Source: an uncultured Pseudomonadota bacterium
GTDB lineage: Bacteria; Pseudomonadota; Alphaproteobacteria; Rs-D84; CACZYB01
Reading direction: 5' to 3'
Assembly (NCBI GenBank): GCA_963541275.1
Contig: CAUTSC010000001.1
Coordinates: 73,879-137,878 of the forward strand
Length of the DNA stretch: 64,000 nt
Shown: one piece after another, positions 39,216 through 50,101 of the stretch
Numbering within the stretch: position 1 is the first letter of the stretch
How the letters are laid out: the number at the start of each line of letters is the position of its first letter
The notes under the pieces: model-generated
What the model was told of the DNA's origin: nothing
Seen by the model: only the letters and a program-made list of their open reading frames with translations
Database searches by the model: none
Made by a program: the position numbers and the translations under genes

Positions 39216-39998
39216 ATGAATTATAATGCAATAGTAAAAGATATAAAAGTTTTAACAGAAACAACAAAGCTTTTCAAAATAGTTTTTGAAAATGGTAATA
39301 AGTTGGAATATCACGCTGGACAATTTGCAATGCTTGGACTGCCACAAGATAAAAATAACCTTGATGGCAAATGGATAAGGCGCGCTTATTCCATAACATC
39401 ATCACCAAGCGAAGATGAAGTTGAATTTTATATAGTCCTTGTAAAGGATGGAGAGTTAACTCCAAAACTTTTTGAGCTTGAAATAGGTGATAAAATTTAC
39501 ATGGGTGAAAGAGCAGCTGGTACAATGGATTTTAAAAATATAAATGAAAAAGATAACATTATATTTTTATCAACAGGAACTGGTATTGCCCCATTTATAA
39601 GTATTTTACGCAATCACAAAGATGAAATTTTAAATGGAAAACGTAAAGTTGCCTTTGCCCAAGGTGTAAGGTATACATATGAACTTGCATTTGAATATGA
39701 ACTTTTGGGACTGGAAGAAGATGAAGAAAATAATAAATTTTTCAAATATTTCCCAGTTGTATCCCGTGCAGAAGAAGAGGGCATTGAATGGACAGGAACA
39801 AAAGGTCATATACAAACCCTTATACATGATGGTATTATAGAAAAATTTTTTAAAACTAAAATTGACCCAAAAAACACAAAAATATTTTTATGCGGTACAC
39901 CAAAAATGGTTGATGAATGTGTGAGCCTTTTCACCGACATGGGATTTACAAAAAATACTATAAAAGAACCGGGTAATTTATTTTTTGATAAACATTAA
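39216..39998 (+). CDS. fpr: Ferredoxin--NADP(+) reductase (FNR family).
   Basis: FAD-binding RRAYSITSSP motif; NAD(P)-binding LSTGTGIAPF. Confidence 0.8.
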   Translation: MNYNAIVKDIKVLTETTKLFKIVFENGNKLEYHAGQFAMLGLPQDKNNLDGKWIRRAYSITSSPSEDEVEFYIVLVKDGELTPKLFELEIGDKIYMGERAAGTMDFKNINEKDNIIFLSTGTGIAPFISILRNHKDEILNGKRKVAFAQGVRYTYELAFEYELLGLEEDEENNKFFKYFPVVSRAEEEGIEWTGTKGHIQTLIHDGIIEKFFKTKIDPKNTKIFLCGTPKMVDECVSLFTDMGFTKNTIKEPGNLFFDKH

Positions 39999-40004
39999 TT
40001 TTTA

Positions 40005-40904
40005 ATGAATAACCTTATAAAAAAATTCCTTGAAATGATGGTCGCGGAACTTGGTGCATCAAAAAACACCATTGTTTCATATAATACAGATTTACAAAAA
40101 TACAGCGAATTTTTAAAACAAAATTGTAAAGTTGAAAATATTGAAATTGCAACAACAAATGATATAAAAAACTTTTTAAAACATCTTGTTGAAAATAAAA
40201 TTTCTGCCAGAAGTCAAAAAAGAAAATTAAGTTGTCTTAATTCTTTTTATTCTTTTTTATTAAGTGAAAATATAATTGACAATAACCCTATGTCAAAAAT
40301 TATCACACCAAAACAACCAAAATCTTTGCCTAAATATTTAAATAAAACTGAAATTGACTTACTAATTGAAACTGCAGGTAAAAATAAAAATAAAACCGGC
40401 TTTCGTACATTAACACAACTTGAATTGTTGTACGCAACTGGCATAAGAGTAAGCGAACTTTTAACCCTTAAAACTATATCTATTATAAAAGATTCCTATT
40501 TACAAGTCATGGGTAAAGGTCGTGTTGAACGCCTTATCCCACTTTATCCAAAAATCATTGAAATTTTAAAAAAATATAAAGAAATAAATAAACTTGAAAA
40601 ATCATCCAGCTATCTATTCCCTGGAACCGGCATAACCGGGCATCAAACAAGAGACAGCTTTTTTAAAAACTTAAAAAAAATTGCAATTACCGCTGGAATT
40701 GATCCAATAAAAGTCTCACCACACGTATTTCGCCACTCTTTTGCAAGCCACTTGTTGGAAGAGGGCGCTGATCTACGTACTATACAAACATTACTGGGAC
40801 ACCAAGATATTTCAACAACCGAAATCTATACCCATCTTTTCCCAAATAAATTAAAAACTGCCCTTGAACAAAACCACCCCTTTTCAAAATTATTTAAAAA
40901 GTAA
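40005..40904 (+). CDS. Tyrosine site-specific recombinase, XerC/XerD family.
   Basis: Catalytic region HVFRHSFASHLLEEGADLRTIQTLLGHQDISTTEIYTHL (R..H..R..Y). Confidence 0.85.
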   Translation: MNNLIKKFLEMMVAELGASKNTIVSYNTDLQKYSEFLKQNCKVENIEIATTNDIKNFLKHLVENKISARSQKRKLSCLNSFYSFLLSENIIDNNPMSKIITPKQPKSLPKYLNKTEIDLLIETAGKNKNKTGFRTLTQLELLYATGIRVSELLTLKTISIIKDSYLQVMGKGRVERLIPLYPKIIEILKKYKEINKLEKSSSYLFPGTGITGHQTRDSFFKNLKKIAITAGIDPIKVSPHVFRHSFASHLLEEGADLRTIQTLLGHQDISTTEIYTHLFPNKLKTALEQNHPFSKLFKK

Positions 40905-40907
40905 GAT

Positions 40908-41510
40908 TTATTCTTCTTCTTCCAATTCGTCCTCTTCTTTTTTTTCATTTTCATTATCTGTATTCTCAACTTTTTTAACTTCTTCAACTTTTGTCTCTAT
41001 TTTTACAGCTGTTTTAATTTCTGCTTTCTTTGTTTCAGCTTTTTTCATTTCAGTTCTAGGTGTTTCAACTTTTTCTATTTTTGAATCTTTACTAACATAA
41101 AACTTGCCATTTACAGCTGTCAAACACATAGTATATTTATAAGTATCATCACTATTATATACTGAACCTTCAGACTCTTCAGAAGACCTATCATCATCTT
41201 CTATAATCTTTATATTTCTTTTTCTAAACTTATCCAAAACAGAGTTATAAGTTTTTATTTTACAATCAGAAAAAGAATCTAAACTTTTTATTTCCTTATA
41301 AAGCAACTCATTATCATTATCTTCTTTACCACCACAAAATATTGTTTCTTTATTTTTTTCTTGGCTACAAAAGGCACTTTTTGTTAAATGTTGTGGTAAT
41401 TTTATAACACACGATGAACAAAGTGTTAATTCATTCGGTAAATAAATTGTTTCACCAGCAAACACAACACTTGCACTAACTAACATAAATAAAAATAATA
41501 TTTTTTTCAT
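40908..41510 (-). CDS. Hypothetical secreted protein with a strongly acidic/Lys-rich C-terminal tail.
   Basis: GGAG RBS plus ATG at 41510. Signal peptide MKKILFLFMLVSASVVFA. Tail KKAETKKAEIK...EKKEEDELEEEE. Confidence 0.5.
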   Translation of the reverse strand: MKKILFLFMLVSASVVFAGETIYLPNELTLCSSCVIKLPQHLTKSAFCSQEKNKETIFCGGKEDNDNELLYKEIKSLDSFSDCKIKTYNSVLDKFRKRNIKIIEDDDRSSEESEGSVYNSDDTYKYTMCLTAVNGKFYVSKDSKIEKVETPRTEMKKAETKKAEIKTAVKIETKVEEVKKVENTDNENEKKEEDELEEEE

Positions 41511-41608
41511 AATCTCCCCTCCTATTATTTCATAATAATAACACATTTTTTGACATTAAAAAAGAGCTTTGTTTCCAAAACTCATTTCAAACAAGTAAAC
41601 AAGAACAT

Positions 41609-42946
41609 TTATTTTTTCTCTTTTAAATTTTTCAAACTTTTAACTATCATAAAACTTGCAATGATAACAACTATTAAATCGAGTAAAGAATTTGCCCACC
41701 AAAGAGCTGTCTTATATAATCTTGGTAAAAATATAATTGCAGGAATAAACGAAATATTTCCAAGCAATACAAGAAATCCAGCTTTTTTTGCATCTCCAAT
41801 TGATTGAAAAAAGGTCATAGTCATAATCATAATTCCATACAAAATAAAAGAAGCATAAGCCCATCTAAAATTAGAAAGATTATTTAATATGATATTTTGA
41901 TCTATTTTAAATAATGCAAGTATTTGAGAAGAAAATATTTGAACCAATATCCAAAATATACCAGCAAGTAGAGTGGAATAAATTATAAATATTTTCATTG
42001 TTTCTTTTACTCTTGTATATTGTTTTGCTCCATAATTTGTTCCAACGATAGGTTGCAATCCTTGTGCCATACCCCATAAAGGAATAAAAGTAAATGCATA
42101 AATTCTAAGATATGCCGACATTATAATTGCCCATTCATCACCGCCATAAGTAAAAGATTGTTTAAAAAATAACATTTGATGTATTATAAAAAACACCTGC
42201 ATAACAAAAGATGAAATACCAACAGAAAACATTTCATTTGATACTGCTCTTTCATTTGTGATTTTTCCAATTTTAACAACTTTACTTTTATTTTTAAAAT
42301 AATAAAAAGTGATAGACGCGCCAATAATCTGTGCAATAACTGATGCTATTGCACCACCCTCAATTGCATATTTTCCCATTAAGTTCATAAAAATAGGATC
42401 AAGTATTATATTTATAATTGCAGCAAAGCCCATAATCATCATTGCTTTTTTCATTAATCCTTCACCCCTCATAACCATATTTGCTGCTTGCATAAAATTA
42501 ACAAAAATAGATCCTAAAAATAATACTCTTACATATCTTATTCCAAGTGTTTTTATTTCTCCACTTGCCCCAGCCATATCCATAAAATAAGGTGCAAATA
42601 ATATTCCAACAATGGTCATAATGGTTGAAAAAATTATTACCCAATAAATTAAATTACCCATAATTTTATCAACAGTTTTTTGATCATTTTTACCAATAGC
42701 TCTTGATAGTACCGAGGCACTTCCAACTCCAATTAAAGTTGACAGACCTCCATTTATAAAAGTAAGGGGAACTGCAATCCCACATGCTGTCATAGCAAGC
42801 TGCCCAATAATACGTCCAGCAAAAATTCCATCCATTAAAGGGAATAAGCCAATTATCAACATTCCAAGGATTCCTGGAACTGATAACTCTATCATAAGTT
42901 TAAATATATCTTTTGTTAAAATATCTTTTTTTATGTCTGTATTCAT
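41609..42946 (-). CDS. MATE-family multidrug efflux transporter.
   Basis: 445 aa with 12 predicted transmembrane segments; NorM/DinF-like conserved N-terminal region. Confidence 0.8.
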   Translation of the reverse strand: MNTDIKKDILTKDIFKLMIELSVPGILGMLIIGLFPLMDGIFAGRIIGQLAMTACGIAVPLTFINGGLSTLIGVGSASVLSRAIGKNDQKTVDKIMGNLIYWVIIFSTIMTIVGILFAPYFMDMAGASGEIKTLGIRYVRVLFLGSIFVNFMQAANMVMRGEGLMKKAMMIMGFAAIINIILDPIFMNLMGKYAIEGGAIASVIAQIIGASITFYYFKNKSKVVKIGKITNERAVSNEMFSVGISSFVMQVFFIIHQMLFFKQSFTYGGDEWAIIMSAYLRIYAFTFIPLWGMAQGLQPIVGTNYGAKQYTRVKETMKIFIIYSTLLAGIFWILVQIFSSQILALFKIDQNIILNNLSNFRWAYASFILYGIMIMTMTFFQSIGDAKKAGFLVLLGNISFIPAIIFLPRLYKTALWWANSLLDLIVVIIASFMIVKSLKNLKEKK

Positions 42947-42973
42947 ATTTTTTCTCCTTTTATATAAAAATTA

Positions 42974-42983
42974 CCCCCCCCCC
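42974..42983. repeat. Homopolymeric C(10) tract inside an inverted repeat, 28 nt upstream of the MATE gene start.
   Basis: TTACCCCCCCCCCGCAAAAATACGAGAGAGGGTAA. Exceptional in a ~27% GC genome. Confidence 0.7.
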
Positions 42984-43009
42984 GCAAAAATACGAGAGAG
43001 GGTAATCTC

Positions 43010-43084
43010 TGGCTCCGGTGGATGGATTCGAACCAACGACCAATTGATTAACAGTCAACTGCGCTACCGCTGCGCTACACCGGA
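43010..43084 (-). tRNA. tRNA-Asn (anticodon GUU).
   Basis: Manual fold: acceptor UCCGGUG/CACCGGA, D-arm UAGCGCAGCGGUAGCGC, anticodon loop CUGUUAA, T-loop GGUUCGAAUCC, CCA encoded. Confidence 0.85.
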
Positions 43085-43131
43085 ATAATGTTGCAATTAT
43101 AAAAAGAAGTTTTTACAAAATCAAGTTTTTT

Positions 43132-43686
43132 TTAATCCAAAGGAAATAATAAATAAGTTGGAAAATCTTTATTCTTTATAGTTTTTGAAATTTTATTTTG
43201 ATATTTATTAACAAACTTTTCTAATTTTTCACCATAAATATCTTCACCCCAGGAATTTTTTTCTGTAAATTCTTGTATCTGGTTATATTTTAAACATACC
43301 AATCTTTTTGCACCTGTCTTACTATAATATCCTGTATTATAATAATTTACATCTTTTATTTTCCACTTTTTAAAAGTTGCTTTTGTATCTTGAATATCCA
43401 TTTCTGCAACCTTGATACATTCTTGTTTATTATAAAAAAGAGTTTCAGCAGTAGTATTATCTTTTTTATTTGCATTATTTGAGTTAATACTGCCAGAAAC
43501 TATTTCAAGTTCTTTTTTCTGAGAAATTAAACTTTCCTTATCTATAGAACTAAAATCAGCAATAACATCTAAATCTTCACTATGCAATTTAAGTAAAACA
43601 TAATCTCTTTTTGGAAATATCATTGCAACAATAACTAACAAAATGAAAAATAACAAAAATATACTTTTTTTATACTTCAACATCAT
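43132..43686 (-). CDS. Hypothetical membrane-anchored protein.
   Basis: N-terminal transmembrane helix; no recognisable domain. Confidence 0.4.
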   Translation of the reverse strand: MMLKYKKSIFLLFFILLVIVAMIFPKRDYVLLKLHSEDLDVIADFSSIDKESLISQKKELEIVSGSINSNNANKKDNTTAETLFYNKQECIKVAEMDIQDTKATFKKWKIKDVNYYNTGYYSKTGAKRLVCLKYNQIQEFTEKNSWGEDIYGEKLEKFVNKYQNKISKTIKNKDFPTYLLFPLD

Positions 43687-43689
43687 AAT

Positions 43690-45489
43690 TTATATCCTTA
43701 CTATATGAATAATAACAGGTGGTTTTTTGCCCATAATATGAAACATAATTCTTTTCATATCACTTGTGATTGCAGAAATTATATCTTTATCACTTTTTAA
43801 TTTTGATTTTTCTATATTTTTAAATTTACGCTCTATTTCATCAACCAACATTTTATTTAAATCATTATTGTTATTTGATTCAAAAACACCAAGAGAAGAA
43901 ATTGCAACTTTTATCAAAGAATTTTTTTTAACAGATAAAGTTATAAATATATTGCCATTATAATTTATCTTTCTTCTGTTTGCAAAAATTTCATTACTTG
44001 CATTTATCTTTCTTGTGCCATCAATTATTATGTCATCAATTGGAATAACTTCTATAGTTTTTGGAGCTTTTTCTTTTTCTATAGTTATAAATTCACCATT
44101 TTGTATAGTTTTGATATTTTTGATTTTACATTCTTTTCCAATTTTTGCATTCCTTATAAGATGTAAAGGCTCTCCATGAACAGGAATTAAAATTTGTGGT
44201 TTTAAAAGGTTATACATATCTTTTATTTCTGGAATACCGGCATGTCCCGAAGCATGAATATCTTTATTATCAAATGTTGCAATAATATTAACACCTTTAA
44301 GTGATAATTTATTTTGAACTGCTAAAATTTCCTCTTCATTTCCTGGAATCATTTTTGATGAATAAATAACTGTATCACCAGAATGAAGTTTTAAATCGCG
44401 ATATTCATCATTGGCAATCCTGGTAAGCGCACTTCGTGGCTCTCCCTGTGTTCCAGTGCAAAGATACAATAATTTATCATCATCAAATTTTTTTGCACTT
44501 TCACTTGATATATATTCAAAATCCTGCAAATAATTTGTTTCAGTTGCAATTTCAACTATTGATTCCATTGAACGACCAAGGATAACAAGCTTTCTGTTAA
44601 AATGTTTTGCGATATTATAAACGCTATTCATTCTCATAACATTAGTTGCAAAACAGGTCAGCACAATTTTGCCAGATTTTATTTGCGATATTTCTTTCTT
44701 AAGGGCGATAAAAACATCCTTTTCACTTGCTGTATGTTCATCAAGTATTGAATTAGTTGATTCTCCAACAATTGCAAGGACACCATCATTTGCAAGCTTT
44801 TTAAGTGCAGTCATATTATATGGTTTCCCAATCATAGGAGTTTTATCAAATTTCCAATCTCCAGTATGAAAAATATTTCCTTGTTCTGTTTTTATAACTA
44901 TGCCACATGCTTCCAAAATAGAATGGGTAAGGTGAATATATTCTATTTCAAATGCACCAATTTTTAATTTTGCCCCCATTGGGTCAATTATTTTAACAGG
45001 GATTTTTTTTTCTAAATTAAATTCAGCTGCTTTTTTAAGAACCATTTTTATTGCAAACGGAGTTCCATAAACGGGACATCCAACTTCTTTCCATATAAAT
45101 GGAATTGCCCCATAATGATCTTCATGCGAATGGGTAAGCAAAATTCCTTTTATCTTATCTTTGATACTAGATAAAAAAAGTGTATCTGGAACCACATATT
45201 CCGCCCCGGACATTTTATGAGTTGGAAAACCCATTCCCATATCAACAATAATCCAATCGCCTTTTGTACCATATAAATAAAGATTTGCACCAATCCTATC
45301 TCCAACTCCACCAATAGCTCCAAAATAAACTTTGTTATCTTTTGAACTAAGATTCATTTTTGTTGTGATTTTTTTTCTGCCCATCATCCAAAAATTTTCT
45401 GGCAGTTTATAAAGTGATAGCTTATTCTTATTTTTAATTTTTTCTTTTTTCTTTTCTTTATCACTTTTTTTTCTATTAAATAAAAACAT
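43690..45489 (-). CDS. rnj: Ribonuclease J (metallo-beta-lactamase/beta-CASP) with a Lys-rich N-terminal extension. The true start may be an internal Met.
   Basis: LTHSHEDHYGAIPFI (HxHxDH) motif, beta-CASP region, ~560-aa core. Confidence 0.8.
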   Translation of the reverse strand: MFLFNRKKSDKEKKKEKIKNKNKLSLYKLPENFWMMGRKKITTKMNLSSKDNKVYFGAIGGVGDRIGANLYLYGTKGDWIIVDMGMGFPTHKMSGAEYVVPDTLFLSSIKDKIKGILLTHSHEDHYGAIPFIWKEVGCPVYGTPFAIKMVLKKAAEFNLEKKIPVKIIDPMGAKLKIGAFEIEYIHLTHSILEACGIVIKTEQGNIFHTGDWKFDKTPMIGKPYNMTALKKLANDGVLAIVGESTNSILDEHTASEKDVFIALKKEISQIKSGKIVLTCFATNVMRMNSVYNIAKHFNRKLVILGRSMESIVEIATETNYLQDFEYISSESAKKFDDDKLLYLCTGTQGEPRSALTRIANDEYRDLKLHSGDTVIYSSKMIPGNEEEILAVQNKLSLKGVNIIATFDNKDIHASGHAGIPEIKDMYNLLKPQILIPVHGEPLHLIRNAKIGKECKIKNIKTIQNGEFITIEKEKAPKTIEVIPIDDIIIDGTRKINASNEIFANRRKINYNGNIFITLSVKKNSLIKVAISSLGVFESNNNNDLNKMLVDEIERKFKNIEKSKLKSDKDIISAITSDMKRIMFHIMGKKPPVIIHIVRI

Positions 45490-45510
45490 CCTTTTTCCTT
45501 TTATATTTTT

Positions 45511-46191
45511 TTAAATTAACTTATTTGCCTTAAAACTATAATAATTATTTTTACCAACTATTATATGATCTTCCACAAAAACATCAATATTTTTAAGGGC
45601 TTCACATATCTTTCTTGTTATATCAATATCCGCAACTGACGGCACAACATCACCTGATGGGTGATTATGAGAAAGTATAACAGATGCAGTATTATTATGT
45701 AAAACATTTTTTACCACTTCACGTGGAAATACAAACGAGCTGTTAATTGTTCCAGTAAATAAAGTTTCATCTTTTATCAGTTTTAATTTGCTGTCAAAAT
45801 GTAAAATATGAAATTCTTCTGTTTCTTTGAAACTTAAATTTTTCTTACAATAATCAAGCAAAGTTTCATAATTGTTAATGATAACGTTATCCACTTGCAA
45901 CTGATTTTGTAAAGTTTTTGTAATACAAGCAGACACAAGATTTATTAAAATTGCACTATTTTTTCCAATACCTTTTATTTTTAATAATTTTTCTGTTGGA
46001 GCATTTATAACACCAGCAAAATTTTTAAATTCTTTAATTAAATTTTTTGCAATGGGTTTTACATCAATTCTTGGAATGGCAAAAGTTAAAAGCAACTCCA
46101 AAAGTTCATAATCATAAAATGACGAACTTCCACAACTTAAAAACTTCTCTTTTAACCTTTCTCTGTGTCCTATATTAAGATTATTTTCCAC
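45511..46191 (-). CDS. radC: RadC-family JAB-domain protein.
   Basis: HNHPSGD JAMM motif (LSHNHPSGDVVPSVADI); N-terminal helix-hairpin-helix. Confidence 0.85.
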   Translation of the reverse strand: MENNLNIGHRERLKEKFLSCGSSSFYDYELLELLLTFAIPRIDVKPIAKNLIKEFKNFAGVINAPTEKLLKIKGIGKNSAILINLVSACITKTLQNQLQVDNVIINNYETLLDYCKKNLSFKETEEFHILHFDSKLKLIKDETLFTGTINSSFVFPREVVKNVLHNNTASVILSHNHPSGDVVPSVADIDITRKICEALKNIDVFVEDHIIVGKNNYYSFKANKLI

Positions 46192-46200
46192 AATAAATTT

Positions 46201-47997
46201 TTACTTTTTTGCTCTTATATCAACTTTAATGGAAAGCTCGCGAAGTTGTTTTTCATCTATCACAGATGGTGCACCCATCATCAAATCTTCACCCTTACCA
46301 TTTATAGGGAACAAAATCACTTCACGCAAGTTCGGTTCATCAGCAAGCAACATAACAATTCTGTCAACCCCAAGCGCAATTCCAGCATGTGGTGGCACAC
46401 CAAACCTAAATGCATTCATCATTCCACTAAATTTTTTCTCTACATCTGCCCTTGTATAACCAACATTTTCAAATGCACGAACCATGATTTCTGTGTCATA
46501 ATTACGAACTGCACCACTTGCCATTTCATAACCATTGCATACTATATCATATTGAAATGCTTTTACAGACAATAAATCCTCTTCTGTCTTTAAATTCCTT
46601 ATATCTGTTTGTGGCATAGAAAATGGATTATGCCCAAAATCAATTTTACCTGTTGCTTCATCTTTTTCATAAAAAGGAAAATCTTTTATAAATGCAAACT
46701 TGAAAACATTTTTTTCAATTAAATCCAAATCTTGACCAAGCTTTATTCTTGTCTGTCCAGCAAATTTTTGCGCAACTGATAATTTATCACAAACAAAAAA
46801 TACACTATCATTATTTTCTGCACCTGTTAATTTCTTAAGTGTTTCAATCCTGTCTTTATCAAGATTTTTTGCAATAGGTCCTTTTGATTCACCATTTTCA
46901 TCAAATGTTATGTATCCAAGTCCTTTTGCCTTATTTTCACGCGCCCATTCATTTAAATTATCAAACCAAGATCTAGGTTTTGAATTAGTATTTTTTGTAA
47001 GTATAGCTTTTACAACACAACCATTTTCTATTGCCCCTGCAAAAATTGCAAAATTGGAATTTTTAAATACTTCTGTTGCATCACAAATGATAAGCGGATT
47101 TCTTAAATCTGGCTTATCACTTCCATATTTTTCCATTGCAGTTTGATATGGAATTGATTGCCACTCTGCAATTTTTCTGTTCCCTTTAAATTGATTAAAT
47201 ACAGATTCCACAACACCTTTTGCAACTTCTAATACATCATCTTGCGTTGCAAATGACATCTCCATATCAAGTTGATAAAATTCCAAAACTCTATCTGCCC
47301 TGGTATCCTCATCTCTAAAACAAGGCGCAATTTGAAAATATTTATCAAACCCAGCAACCATAGCAAGCTGTTTAAATTGTTGTGGTGCCTGTGGTAAAGC
47401 ATAAAATGTTCCTGGATGCATACGACTTGGTACTAAAAAATCTCTTGCTCCTTCTGGTGATGATGATGTAAGTATAGGAGTTTGGAGTTCATTAAATTCT
47501 TTACTCCACATATAATCACGCATAGCTTTTATAATTTTTGAACGAAGCGTTATTGTCTTTTGCAATTTTTGACGTCTTAAATCTATATAGCGATATTTAA
47601 GGCGCAAATCTTCTGGAAACAATTCGTCTGTTGCAACAAGAACCGGCAAAACATCTGCAGATGAAATAATTTCAACACTATCAACTTTAAGCTCTACCAT
47701 CCCAGAAAATAAATTTTTATTTATCGTCTCTTCACTTCTCTTTGCAATTTTTCCAACAACCATGATAACACTTTCAATTCTTAAATGTTCCAGTTTTGAA
47801 AAATCTTTATATGTTGTATCTATCACACATTGTGTCATACCATAATGATCGCGAAGGTCAATAAATATCAATCCTCCATGGTCTCTTTTTGAATTTATCC
47901 ATCCGGAAAGTTTAACTTCACGACCTATAAAATTTTCGTTAATTTCACCACAAGTATTTGTTCTATATTTATGCATTTTTATACCTTTATCATACAC
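46201..47997 (-). CDS. aspS: Aspartyl-tRNA synthetase.
   Basis: 598 aa. N-terminal OB-fold. Class II motifs (FRDEDTRADRVLEFYQLDMEMSF; GIALGVDRIVMLL). Bacterial-type GAD insertion domain. Confidence 0.9.
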   Translation of the reverse strand: MYDKGIKMHKYRTNTCGEINENFIGREVKLSGWINSKRDHGGLIFIDLRDHYGMTQCVIDTTYKDFSKLEHLRIESVIMVVGKIAKRSEETINKNLFSGMVELKVDSVEIISSADVLPVLVATDELFPEDLRLKYRYIDLRRQKLQKTITLRSKIIKAMRDYMWSKEFNELQTPILTSSSPEGARDFLVPSRMHPGTFYALPQAPQQFKQLAMVAGFDKYFQIAPCFRDEDTRADRVLEFYQLDMEMSFATQDDVLEVAKGVVESVFNQFKGNRKIAEWQSIPYQTAMEKYGSDKPDLRNPLIICDATEVFKNSNFAIFAGAIENGCVVKAILTKNTNSKPRSWFDNLNEWARENKAKGLGYITFDENGESKGPIAKNLDKDRIETLKKLTGAENNDSVFFVCDKLSVAQKFAGQTRIKLGQDLDLIEKNVFKFAFIKDFPFYEKDEATGKIDFGHNPFSMPQTDIRNLKTEEDLLSVKAFQYDIVCNGYEMASGAVRNYDTEIMVRAFENVGYTRADVEKKFSGMMNAFRFGVPPHAGIALGVDRIVMLLADEPNLREVILFPINGKGEDLMMGAPSVIDEKQLRELSIKVDIRAKK

Positions 47998-48121
47998 TAC
48001 ATAATTGCTTCATTATGCTAAATACAATAACTTTAATAGTCAACAATTAAAATAATCTTGATAAAAACTTCATTATAAGATATTTTTTGAAATCAGTTAA
48101 AATTTAAGAAAGGATAAAATT

Positions 48122-49051
48122 ATGGAAACAAAAGTTTCAGTTGCAATCATAGGTTCTGGTCCTGCCGGTTATACCGCTGCGATTTATTCGGCAAGGGCAG
48201 GGCGAAATCCACTTATTATAACAGGAGTGGATTTTGGAGGGCAAATTGTAAAAAGTTTTGATCTTGAAAATTATCCTGGATTCACAGAAAAAATAGATGG
48301 TGTTTATTTAACCGAACAAATGAGACAGCAAGCCGAAATTTTCGGGACAAAAATTATGACTGACTCGGTGAAATCTGTTGATTTTAAAACAAAACCTTTC
48401 AAACTTAATCTTGAAAGCGGAGATACAATAATCGCAGATTCTGTGATAATTGCAACCGGTGCTCGTGTAAAAAAATTGGGTCTTGAAAATGAAGATAAAT
48501 TTACAAGTCGTGGACTTTCATATTGCGCAACCTGTGATGGATTTTTCTTTAAAAATAAAGAAGTTTTTTTAATAGGTGGTGGCAATTCTGCAGTGTACGA
48601 GGCTTTACATCTTTCAACCCTATGCAAACAGGTAAATGTAGTTCACAGACGTGATTATTTTACCGCAGAAAAAATAATGCAAAATCATTTATTTAATACA
48701 CCAAATATTTCTGTATTATGGAACAATGAAGTTGTTGAATTTACAGGTGATGATAAATTAACAGGTTTAAAGTTAAAAAATACTATCACAGGAGAAATCA
48801 CAGAATATAAAACAGACGGAGTTTTCATTGCGGTTGGTAATACCCCTGCAACTGATATATTCAAAGGACAAGTTGATTTAACTGATTCTGGTTATATAAA
48901 AACAATACCTGATAGTACAGCAACAAATATTGATGGGGTTTTCGCCGCTGGTGATGTAAAAAATCCAAAATTTAAACAAGTGGTGGTGGCTGCCTCTGAC
49001 GGAGCAAAAGCTGCAATGGAGGTTGAAAGTTATCTTCTCTCTCTTGAATAA
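48122..49051 (+). CDS. trxB: Thioredoxin reductase.
   Basis: GSGPAGYTAAIY FAD motif; redox-active CATCDG; GGGNSA NADPH motif. Confidence 0.9.
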   Translation: METKVSVAIIGSGPAGYTAAIYSARAGRNPLIITGVDFGGQIVKSFDLENYPGFTEKIDGVYLTEQMRQQAEIFGTKIMTDSVKSVDFKTKPFKLNLESGDTIIADSVIIATGARVKKLGLENEDKFTSRGLSYCATCDGFFFKNKEVFLIGGGNSAVYEALHLSTLCKQVNVVHRRDYFTAEKIMQNHLFNTPNISVLWNNEVVEFTGDDKLTGLKLKNTITGEITEYKTDGVFIAVGNTPATDIFKGQVDLTDSGYIKTIPDSTATNIDGVFAAGDVKNPKFKQVVVAASDGAKAAMEVESYLLSLE

Positions 49052-49970
49052 ATTTTTTGAAAAAAAAACAATTACCTATGCCATAAAATATGGTGTGGCA
49101 ATTTTGAAAAATGCAAACAATAAAGAATTAGATTCTATTGATTTAGATGTAAAAATTATATTGGCATTTTTTTTGAAATGTGAAATTTACAAACTATCAC
49201 TTAAACAAAACGACACTATTCCATATTTTACTTTTTTGTGCTATAAACACGCCATAAAAAAACGAGCTAGCGGCATGCCAGTTGCCTATATCACAGGAAC
49301 AAAAGAATTTTATGGACTAAATTTTTTTGTATCCCGTAAAACACTTATTCCACGCCACGATTCCGAAACTTTAATTGATGCTGTGCTTTCTACCTATTTT
49401 AATAAAGATGAAAATTTAAAAATTTTGGAATTTGGTGTTGGCTCTGGCTGTCTGCTTTTGACATTGCTTTCTCTTTATAAAAATGCACACGGATTCGCCT
49501 TTGATAAAGTTGTGGGTAGCGTTAAAATCGCAAATAAAAACGCGGCTAATTTAAACATAAACAACAGGGCAAAAATTATAAAATATTCTTGGAATTTTTT
49601 AACTCCTCCAAAAAATTTAAACAATCGCTTTGATATCTTAATTTCAAACCCACCATACATAGATAAAAATGATCCGGCACTTGCAAACGTGGTCAAAAAA
49701 TATGAACCAAAAACTGCATTATATACAAATAATTTTAACGCTTATAAAAAAATAAAAATGGCAATTTTAAATTGGAAATGCCTTAAATCACGCGCTCATA
49801 TCTTTTTTGAAATAGGAGAGGGACAAACACAAGATATAAGTAATATTTTTACTTATCCCTATTTTACAAAATTAAATGAATACAAGGATTTATCAGGAAA
49901 AATTCGTGTCCTGGAGTTTCAATATATAGATATATATGACGAAGTTTTAATAGAAAAGAAAGAACTATAA
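49023..49970 (+). CDS. prmC: Release factor glutamine methyltransferase PrmC (HemK).
   Basis: ISNPPY catalytic motif; SAM-binding LEFGVGSGCL. Confidence 0.75.
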   Translation: MKVIFSLLNKFFEKKTITYAIKYGVAILKNANNKELDSIDLDVKIILAFFLKCEIYKLSLKQNDTIPYFTFLCYKHAIKKRASGMPVAYITGTKEFYGLNFFVSRKTLIPRHDSETLIDAVLSTYFNKDENLKILEFGVGSGCLLLTLLSLYKNAHGFAFDKVVGSVKIANKNAANLNINNRAKIIKYSWNFLTPPKNLNNRFDILISNPPYIDKNDPALANVVKKYEPKTALYTNNFNAYKKIKMAILNWKCLKSRAHIFFEIGEGQTQDISNIFTYPYFTKLNEYKDLSGKIRVLEFQYIDIYDEVLIEKKEL

Positions 49971-50101
49971 TTTTTTTTACGTTTGCCACTTGACAAGCAA
50001 AAAAATAATAACTATATTTATGGCATAAGCAATTTTAACTGGTGAAAACTTTTTAAAATTGTTTATAAGAGAAATAATATTAACAAAGAAAGGAATATAT
50101 T

